The notes beneath the pieces were generated by a model that did not search any database, was not told the DNA's origin, and saw only the letters and a list, made by a program, of their open reading frames with translations. Below are positions 24,134-30,979 of a stretch of DNA of 64,000 nt, piece by piece (the stretch's first letter is position 1; each line of letters starts with the position of its first letter). The DNA lies in contig JAZSCV010000005.1 of the NCBI GenBank assembly GCA_045530855.1, forward strand, positions 3,087 through 67,086, written 5' to 3'. Position numbers and translations under genes: made by a program. The stretch is from Acutalibacteraceae bacterium (GTDB lineage Bacteria > Bacillota > Clostridia > Oscillospirales > Acutalibacteraceae).

Positions 24134-24661
24134 TTAAAAAGGAAAAGAAGTATGATACTTAATAACATTCCTACTATAGATTCGTAATAAAAACCTTTCA
24201 ATAATAACGCCACAGAAAAAAAACAAAAGCGGTAATACAAGTAATCCAAAAATTATTAGTAATGGAGTCAAAAATTTAATGGCTAATTTTTTTACATAAA
24301 CTTGAGAACATACGATGCTACTATTTTTTGAAACGATTGTACTATTACCCCTCAAGATATGATCAAAACTTTCAAAATTCACATCAATAGTCGATATATT
24401 AATGTTTAAATGCTCGTTGCTTATAAAGATTACATCATATTTTTTTGAAAAATATTTATTTAATATATCATTAAATAAAGGAGCCTTTGAACTGTCAATT
24501 AAATTAAAGTAAAAACGTAAAATTAATGACAAATCTTGTTTTAAACTATATTGTTTTATTTTGATTACAGAAAATTTATGTGTACCAGGAGGAATTGATA
24601 TTATATTCGAACATATTTTCTCATCGTTTAAATAAAAATCATATAATGAATGTTTTTCCAT
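24134..24661 (-). CDS. Hypothetical protein with C-terminal TM segment (cassette 4)
   Basis: 175 aa, no recognisable domain, AT-rich. A T8 run near the 3' end leaves a second frame (24067..24249) open. Confidence 0.5.
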   Translation of the reverse strand: MEKHSLYDFYLNDEKICSNIISIPPGTHKFSVIKIKQYSLKQDLSLILRFYFNLIDSSKAPLFNDILNKYFSKKYDVIFISNEHLNINISTIDVNFESFDHILRGNSTIVSKNSSIVCSQVYVKKLAIKFLTPLLIIFGLLVLPLLFFFCGVIIERFLLRIYSRNVIKYHTSFPF

Positions 24662-24696
24662 CTACACACTCCTTCAAGAAAATTTGGGATGTAGGA

Positions 24697-24817
24697 CAGG
24701 GGACGGTTCTGTGATTGGGTGATTTCCCAACGAAAACCGACCCCTGATTTTAAGTTTTAAATAGCTAAAAAACCTTGATTTTCAAGGGATTACGGTTCAA
24801 TCATAGAACCATCCCCC
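24697..24817. repeat. Island repeat copy R1 (121 bp)
   Basis: caggggacggttctgtgattgggtgatttcccaacgaaaaccgacccctg...ggttcaatcatagaaccatccccc. About 8 mismatches relative to R2. Confidence 0.9.
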
Positions 24818-24870
24818 GATTGGTTCCCCCCGATTGGTTCTGATTGGTTTATTGTGTTCCCTGATTGGTT
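24818..24870. repeat. Cluster of four GATTGGTT octamers
   Basis: GATTGGTT at 24818, 24832, 24842 and 24863, directly abutting R1. Single copies abut R2 (25832). AATTGGTT and ATTTGGTT variants lie at 26269-26276 and 26854-26861. Confidence 0.8.
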
Positions 24871-24880
24871 CCAGTGCTAA

Positions 24881-25645
24881 TTATTGCAGGTTTGATATTA
24901 TATCCGCAAAATCAATTTCAGGAGAATAGAAGAAATAGGGGCTATTTAGAAATTGCAAAAAGAAACATGGATTAAAACCGGAATAGTTAACATTGACTGC
25001 AACACATTCATTATTTGAAATCAAATAAACCGTTGTTGAAACGCCATAATCAACATCGTCCGGAACGCCCAGCAAATCCACAGGAAAATGACCAAGTGTT
25101 GCCCACCTTCTACACTTAGCTTCTTCATAATAAACCTCAATGCCATCCATTTCGCCATAAAAGACGTATGTTGGATACACGTTCATTGATGCTGCTTTTT
25201 CTTCTTCAGTCATTCGTAGACCTTCAAGTAGTCTTTCGCTTGTCTCAGCATCCCAATAAGATATCCATCCGAACATATCGCTTGTGCTAAAATTCTTATC
25301 TTTACTATAAATATCTTTGTTTTGTTTAACATAATTAAATGTATCGGACACAGTATCCATTTTAACCCTTATTTTCGCAGGTGGTTCTGTGTAACCTAAA
25401 AGAATACATACACACAAGACAACAGATAAAACGCCCAACTTAATTTTAAGTTTTTTGGACCTATTAGTTTTTAAAAATCTTAAAGACCATACTATTGAGT
25501 AAATTAAATACCCTGTAAAAGCTACAAAACCTATACGAAGAAAAATTGAAATCCAACCGAAAAACACATGTAAAGCATCCGCACTACTTAGACCGTTTTG
25601 CATATTCAAGAATACAGACAAGAATGGGAAATTATATAACATCAT
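24881..25645 (-). CDS. Hypothetical membrane protein (cassette 3)
   Basis: 254 aa. Two to three N-terminal TM helices followed by a soluble domain. No motif recognised. Confidence 0.55.
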   Translation of the reverse strand: MMLYNFPFLSVFLNMQNGLSSADALHVFFGWISIFLRIGFVAFTGYLIYSIVWSLRFLKTNRSKKLKIKLGVLSVVLCVCILLGYTEPPAKIRVKMDTVSDTFNYVKQNKDIYSKDKNFSTSDMFGWISYWDAETSERLLEGLRMTEEEKAASMNVYPTYVFYGEMDGIEVYYEEAKCRRWATLGHFPVDLLGVPDDVDYGVSTTVYLISNNECVAVNVNYSGFNPCFFLQFLNSPYFFYSPEIDFADIISNLQ

Positions 25646-25710
25646 ATTATCACCTTAAATCATACGACGCAAAAAACTATATTTTTTTGCAAATTCAGTT
25701 AATAAAAAAC

Positions 25711-25831
25711 CAGGGGACGGTTCTGTGATTGGGTGATTTCCCAACGAAAACCGACCCCTGATTTTAGATTTTAAAACGGCTAAAAACCTTGATTTTAAAG
25801 GGATTACGGTTCAATCATAGAACCGTCCCCC
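25711..25831. repeat. Island repeat copy R2 (121 bp)
   Basis: Same unit as R1. Arms caggggacggtt (25711-25722) and aaccgacccctg (25749-25760) form a hairpin. The 3' end ggttcaatcatagaaccgtccccc is inverted relative to the 5' end. Confidence 0.9.
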
Positions 25832-26052
25832 GATTGGTTTTTCGAATCATTTCCTTTTTCTCCGTTTGCCCATAAGCCCTCTTTGATATTCCCATCAAGA
25901 AATTGCTTAATTTGGTAAATCAATTCATCAATTAAAGAATCCGAAACATATATTTGTGATATAATAGTTGCCACTAAAGAGGAACACACAACTTTTAATT
26001 CTATTATATCATCATCTTCCCATATTTTTCTAAATATAATAGTATCTTTCAT
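25804..26052 (-). CDS. Small hypothetical protein (cassette 2)
   Basis: 82 aa. The last ~10 codons are encoded by repeat R2, so the true C-terminus is uncertain. Confidence 0.4.
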   Translation of the reverse strand: MKDTIIFRKIWEDDDIIELKVVCSSLVATIISQIYVSDSLIDELIYQIKQFLDGNIKEGLWANGEKGNDSKNQSGDGSMIEP

Positions 26053-26135
26053 TATATTGCACCTTCTTTAAACTATTTCGTAAACTTGAAATCATCAAAT
26101 GTTTCTAAGATTTGATTATAAACATAATAAAAAAT

Positions 26136-26257
26136 CAGGAGGCGATTCTGTGATTAGACGATTTTCCACCAAAAATCGCCCCTGATTTTAAACTTTGAAA
26201 CAGCTAAAAAACCTTGATTTTAAAGGGATTACGGTTCAATCATAGAACCGTCCCCTG
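26136..26257. repeat. Island repeat copy R3 (122 bp, diverged hairpin arms)
   Basis: caggaggcgatt...aatcgcccctg replaces caggggacggtt...aaccgacccctg. The 3' part gggattacggttcaatcatagaaccgtcccctg is conserved. Confidence 0.9.
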
Positions 26258-26275
26258 TCCTGTCTGAAAATTGGT

Positions 26276-26779
26276 TTATAGAGTTTGATGTATGCAAAAA
26301 TATCTGTTGTATTCTATGTCATATAAAAAAATGAGCCATTTACTTGTATCTTCATATACCATATTTTTACTATTGGTTATAATCTCATTATTTTTACAGT
26401 CATATATACATATATAGCAATTACGATTTTTATATTTGTTACCTAAAATTTTTCTATACTGATTAAAAGAATCAAGCTTTTCAATATGATTAGGCCTCAA
26501 TTTATCCCAATTGCCATTTTCAATATCCTTTAAAACAAGTTTTTCCTCTAAGTCATTCAATTCAAAAATCCAATATTCGAAAACATCGCCCGAAAATACA
26601 CTGTAACGGAATCTTTCTGCTGCAGAAGTTGGAACAAAAACAATATCAAGTTCGTATATATACTCGGTAATTGTTCCAAATCTCATACTGAACAACTGGA
26701 ATAAAACAAAAACCAAAACCACAATTAAAGCTACCTTAAATTTGATTTTTGAGATTTTTTTAATATTTATTTTCGCCAT
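26276..26779 (-). CDS. Hypothetical membrane-anchored protein (cassette 1)
   Basis: 167 aa. Basic N-terminus plus one TM helix (VALIVVLVFVLFQLF). No motif recognised. Confidence 0.5.
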   Translation of the reverse strand: MAKINIKKISKIKFKVALIVVLVFVLFQLFSMRFGTITEYIYELDIVFVPTSAAERFRYSVFSGDVFEYWIFELNDLEEKLVLKDIENGNWDKLRPNHIEKLDSFNQYRKILGNKYKNRNCYICIYDCKNNEIITNSKNMVYEDTSKWLIFLYDIEYNRYFCIHQTL

Positions 26780-26816
26780 GTTTTTGTACCTCCCATTAAC
26801 CCAATAGAGAAAATCA

Positions 26817-26835
26817 GACGGTTAGCGTGAAAACC
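26817..26835. repeat. Right copy of the 19-bp inverted repeat bracketing the cassette array
   Basis: gacggttagcgtgaaaacc is the exact reverse complement of 24040-24058. Confidence 0.85.
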
Positions 26836-26940
26836 GATTAAAACCCTCCTAAATTTGGTTCCACTTATATATGTCAAAAATTTGAAAATACTACATAATT
26901 TTTTTAAAAAACTTTTCTGATTTTTTCGATTTGTATGAAT

Positions 26941-26980
26941 ACACAAAAATCACCTCATTGTTTTGTGCAACAATGAGGTG
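26941..26980 (-). terminator. Intrinsic terminator of the esterase gene
   Basis: Stem cacctcattgtt/aacaatgaggtg followed by a T-run on the minus strand. Confidence 0.65.
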
Positions 26981-26991
26981 AAGTTATTGTT

Positions 26992-27927
26992 TTAAACCAT
27001 TACTGTTTCCTCTGCAAAAATCGTTTTTAAGAATTCTACAGATTTCTGCATACATTCCATTGCCAATTTATTGTGGCTGAATTCAAGATGGAAGCAATGG
27101 TTATTCATAAAGCCATCTACCTCAAAGGCATCAAAATATGGTGCGACCTCTTTTATTTTTTCTGCCATAGGCTCGCCCTGATTCTGGCAAACTATATCAT
27201 CATTTGCCCAGCACATAAATGTACTGCACCAGTTTTCGTTTATAAATTTTGAGGGAGAAAGATAACTGACATACGGAAAATCGTTTATATTTGATAAATC
27301 ATCCTTAAGAGGGAAATCGCCTACAAGAAGCTGTGCTGTTTTGGGAATAACACCAAAAAGCTTTGTGCCCTTAAGAAGCACCTCAAGGTCATATATACCG
27401 CACATAAGCATTGTACCTTTAAATTTAACCTTAAGCTCATCGCACCCTAATTCTTTATGTAAATCAGGATTGCAGGAAAGTGCCACAAGATAAGACGCTG
27501 TATATCCACCTGAGCTATCCCCTGTTACAACAATATTATCTAAATCTATATTATGATTTTGTGCTAAAACAGTTATGTAATTTACTGCATTTACACAGTC
27601 AATAGTGTATTTGGGGAATATTACCTCCGGTGGCATACGGTAATTAACGCAAAAAACAAAATAACCTTCATTGGCATAAAATTCACTTATGCTTACACGG
27701 CACTTTTTATCACCCATTATAAATCCACCGCCATGGAAATATATTATAATCGGGTGTTTTTGGCCGTCATTTACAATATCATTTCTGTAATAAAGGTCAC
27801 CCTTTGTCATTTCGTACTTATCATATGCAATATCCTTCTCACAAACAACATCAGCAAAGCGCATTTTATTTTGCGTGGGATAGCATATGCCATCTACGGC
27901 TTTAAAAACTGCTTGCGCTCTATTCAT
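26992..27927 (-). CDS. Alpha/beta hydrolase, HSL-type esterase/lipase
   Basis: 311 aa. Oxyanion motif HGGGF and nucleophile elbow GDSSGG. Confidence 0.8.
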   Translation of the reverse strand: MNRAQAVFKAVDGICYPTQNKMRFADVVCEKDIAYDKYEMTKGDLYYRNDIVNDGQKHPIIIYFHGGGFIMGDKKCRVSISEFYANEGYFVFCVNYRMPPEVIFPKYTIDCVNAVNYITVLAQNHNIDLDNIVVTGDSSGGYTASYLVALSCNPDLHKELGCDELKVKFKGTMLMCGIYDLEVLLKGTKLFGVIPKTAQLLVGDFPLKDDLSNINDFPYVSYLSPSKFINENWCSTFMCWANDDIVCQNQGEPMAEKIKEVAPYFDAFEVDGFMNNHCFHLEFSHNKLAMECMQKSVEFLKTIFAEETVMV

Positions 27928-28046
27928 AGTGAAAGCCTCCTCAATTCAAAAATTTAATTACCACATAAAATTTTATAATATTTCTTCCACTATTTTTATA
28001 TTATTACAAATTTTGCCAAAAATCAAATATTTTTTATTATAATCGG

Positions 28047-28766
28047 TTACTCTACAGTAGTTTGTCTTTCGATACTTCTTTTTAGTTTTGAAATTATTCT
28101 TTTTTCAAGCCGAGAAATATAACTTTGTGATATTCCTAATTGATCCGCAACTTCCTTTTGTGTTTTCTCCCTTTCTCCGCACATACCGAATCGCATATTC
28201 ATAATCTGTCTTTCACGCGCAGACAGGTCTGACATACATTGGTGCAATATGCGTTTTTCATCCTCCATTTCTACATTATCGTTAATTTCAAGCCCGTCGC
28301 TACCCAAAACATCTGACAAAAGGAGCTCATTGCCATCCCAATCCACATTCAAAGGCTCATCAAGAGAAATATCCAGCCGTTGGTGATTCACCTTCCTTAA
28401 ATACATTAAAATCTCATTCTCTATACACCTTGAAGCATATGTAGCAAGCTTTATATTCTTATCAAGGTTAAAGGTATTCACTGCTTTTATAAGACCAATT
28501 GTGCCTATAGAAATCAAATCCTCTATGTTAACACCTGAATTTTCAAACTTTTTTGCAACATAAACAACAAGCCTTAAATTGTGCTCTACCAATTTATCTC
28601 TGGCTTTAAAATCGCCTTCTTTAAAATTGGTAACACACAAATCCTCTTCCTCTTTATCCAAAGGTGGCGGAAGTGTCTGAGGACTGTTTATGTAAAAAAT
28701 TTCTTTCTTGAACAATTTAAGAATCAATTTATTTTTCAGCAAAGTTAATCTATATACAAAATCCAT
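28047..28766 (-). CDS. sigE: Sporulation sigma factor SigE (pro-sigma-E)
   Basis: 239 aa. Pro-sequence followed by [10 protein letters not shown] and [37 protein letters not shown]...[20 protein letters not shown], near-identical in pattern to B. subtilis SigE. Lies downstream of spoIIGA. Confidence 0.9.
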   Translation of the reverse strand: MDFVYRLTLLKNKLILKLFKKEIFYINSPQTLPPPLDKEEEDLCVTNFKEGDFKARDKLVEHNLRLVVYVAKKFENSGVNIEDLISIGTIGLIKAVNTFNLDKNIKLATYASRCIENEILMYLRKVNHQRLDISLDEPLNVDWDGNELLLSDVLGSDGLEINDNVEMEDEKRILHQCMSDLSARERQIMNMRFGMCGEREKTQKEVADQLGISQSYISRLEKRIISKLKRSIERQTTVE

Positions 28767-28774
28767 ACTATCAC

Positions 28775-29641
28775 CTAAACCAAATCAAATATATTTTTAT
28801 TCAAAATAAGATTATACTCACCATCTGCAAAGTTTTTATCTGCTATTGCGATACATATATTTTTCAGCTTTACCTTTTTATTCTTTAATTTCACTTCTGC
28901 TTTATGAGGAGTAACTACGGGAAGGAAAAATGATTCCCCTACTGTTTCACAGGGAATAAACCTTACAACACCAATGAGAGAATCCGGCATTTCCTCCATT
29001 TCTCCGGATTTGAAATACATTAATTCCTCGTAGGTAAATAACGGCGCAACAGCTTTCAATTCTGCCACACAAACTGTTTTCCCTGTAAGGCCATCAGAAA
29101 GGCTGTTACCTGTATCAACAAAGCCTCTTAAGGTTATTTCTGTGTCACGAAAGTTGATACAAACCGTATAAATCTCATTCTTAAATGATTTTTGCTGAAG
29201 CAAATAGTTTGCACCAAGAAATACCCCGTAAATTATAAATGTACAGCCTATAAGATATTTTATATTCATATCAAAATAAACTGTGCCGTTATAATACATT
29301 ATATTGTGGGGCTTGAATGTAAGTTCTATAAAATACATTACACCGCCAAAAAGCATACTTACACCGCCGAATGTTACACAAGCCTTTAAAAAACTTCTGA
29401 TTTTTGATGGCAGAAATGCAAGGTAGGTTATAACTACTGACACTAAAAGCTTATACAAAATAGAAAGCACAATTCCCATATCATCCCACAGAATAATAAG
29501 AGCAGAAAAACCACCAACAACAGAACTTAAAATAATCCCCCATTTACTTGTGGGTAAGTTAGTTACAACACGCGAGCACACAAGAAATATATATGTAATT
29601 AAAATATTTATGCAAACCAGCACATCCGCATATATCACCAT
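28775..29641 (-). CDS. spoIIGA: Sigma-E processing peptidase SpoIIGA
   Basis: Polytopic N-terminal half and aspartic protease motif [10 protein letters not shown] prefer the ATG at 29641 (MVIYADVLV...; GTG 29638 also possible) over the track's TTG at 29680. Confidence 0.85.
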   Translation of the reverse strand: MVIYADVLVCINILITYIFLVCSRVVTNLPTSKWGIILSSVVGGFSALIILWDDMGIVLSILYKLLVSVVITYLAFLPSKIRSFLKACVTFGGVSMLFGGVMYFIELTFKPHNIMYYNGTVYFDMNIKYLIGCTFIIYGVFLGANYLLQQKSFKNEIYTVCINFRDTEITLRGFVDTGNSLSDGLTGKTVCVAELKAVAPLFTYEELMYFKSGEMEEMPDSLIGVVRFIPCETVGESFFLPVVTPHKAEVKLKNKKVKLKNICIAIADKNFADGEYNLILNKNIFDLV

Positions 29642-29720
29642 AGCCTCCCCCCTAAAAACATTATATATTTGAAGAAACAAAACATTTGTCGGTTAAGGTC
29701 GGCAAAAAATAAAAATATGA

Positions 29721-29749
29721 TTGACTTTATCTTCAATTGTAATTAAAAT
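29721..29749 (+). promoter_or_regulatory. Candidate sigma-A promoter for nagA
   Basis: TTGACT, 17 nt, TAAAAT, followed by RBS AGGTGA and the ATG at 29766. Confidence 0.45.
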
Positions 29750-29765
29750 TTAATCAGGTGATATT

Positions 29766-30914
29766 ATGATTATTTATAAAAATGCAAAAGTTATTTTCCC
29801 CGACAAAATCAGAGATTCTATTGTTGTTACCGATAGTGGCAAAATTGTTGACATATGCAATAATTTTGAGGAGAAAGCAGAAGACACTGTAATTGATTGC
29901 AATGGTCTTTATCTTTCACCGGGCTTTATCGACCTGCACGTGCACGGCGGCGGAAATAAAAGTGCTATGAGTGAAAATTATGAGGATATTATTTCCATGG
30001 CAGAAGCACATTTTCAATATGGCACAACATCAATTGTACCTACTACACTTGCTTCCCCCATTGACCAATTAAAGAAGGTTACTCTTTCCATAAAAAAAGC
30101 TTCTGAGAAAAGCAAAAAAGCCCACATTCTTGGTGTACATTACGAAGGTCCGTATATTTCAAAAAAGTATAAGGGTGCGCAAAGCGAGGATAACATTCTC
30201 AACCCCGATAAAAACCCACCCGATGAGCTTTTTGAGTTGTGGAATAAAATTTTAATTATGGGTGCCGCTCCCGAAGAGCCCGGTGTTTTAGCATTAGGTG
30301 ATAAGCTAAAAAGTCGCGAAATTGTTGCAAGTATGGCACACACCGCCGCAAGCTATGATCAGGCAGAAGAAGCTCTTAAACACGGTTTCAGCGATATTAC
30401 ACACATATATAACGCTTGTACATCTTGCTTTAAAACAGGTGTATTCAGAACAGCAGGTGTTGTGGAAGCCGCTTTAGCCATTGACGAAATAAGTGCACAA
30501 ACCATTGCAGATTTAAGGCATCTTCCGAAAGGTCTTTTAAAGCTCATTTACAAATGTAAGGGTGACGATAAGATGTACCTTATTACAGATGGCTTGGAAT
30601 TTTCCGCTTGTAACTTAAAAGAAAATACCGTTTTCACTCAGGAAAACGGCATAAGTGTTGTATATGAAAATAATGTAATGATGCTTGCAGATAAATCCGC
30701 CTTAGCAGGTAGTGTGGCAACACTGCGCGATTGTGTAAGGAATATGTATAAAGATGTTGGTGTTCCTCTTTACAGCGCAGTAAAAATGGCAACACTCACC
30801 CCTGCAACTGTTATTAACCACCAAAGCTCAAAGGGGCAGATTAAAGTTGGTTGCGATGCAGATATCATTCTCTTCGATGATGATATAAATATCAAGGCTG
30901 TTTATACAGATTAA
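29766..30914 (+). CDS. nagA: N-acetylglucosamine-6-phosphate deacetylase
   Basis: 382 aa. Amidohydrolase metal motif GFIDLHVHGGG and a NagA-like overall pattern. Confidence 0.85.
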   Translation: MIIYKNAKVIFPDKIRDSIVVTDSGKIVDICNNFEEKAEDTVIDCNGLYLSPGFIDLHVHGGGNKSAMSENYEDIISMAEAHFQYGTTSIVPTTLASPIDQLKKVTLSIKKASEKSKKAHILGVHYEGPYISKKYKGAQSEDNILNPDKNPPDELFELWNKILIMGAAPEEPGVLALGDKLKSREIVASMAHTAASYDQAEEALKHGFSDITHIYNACTSCFKTGVFRTAGVVEAALAIDEISAQTIADLRHLPKGLLKLIYKCKGDDKMYLITDGLEFSACNLKENTVFTQENGISVVYENNVMMLADKSALAGSVATLRDCVRNMYKDVGVPLYSAVKMATLTPATVINHQSSKGQIKVGCDADIILFDDDINIKAVYTD

Positions 30915-30979
30915 GATATAATAAAAAAGAAAAAGTTGTGTTTGAATCTTTACTGTTCAAACACAACTTTTTTATTTTT

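Noticed and set aside
24794-24810. Considered whether ggttcaatcatagaacc in the repeats is a tRNA T-arm fragment, i.e. an att site derived from a tRNA 3' end.
   Set aside because: It shares only the GGTTCAATC string. The hairpin geometry (5-7 bp stem, 7-nt loop aatcata) and the flanks do not continue into an acceptor stem, and the window's own tRNA-Ser is unrelated.
24697-26257. Considered whether the three island repeats are a CRISPR array.
   Set aside because: The repeat unit is ~121 bp, not 24-48 bp. The 'spacers' are 300-900 bp and contain ORFs with RBSs. There are only three full copies and no cas genes in the window.
24697-26257. Considered whether the island repeats are canonical integron attC sites.
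   Set aside because: I could not find the RYYYAAC / GTTRRRY core sites at the repeat ends in either orientation. No intI or attI is present, and integrons are rare in Firmicutes. Only the architectural analogy is retained in the findings.
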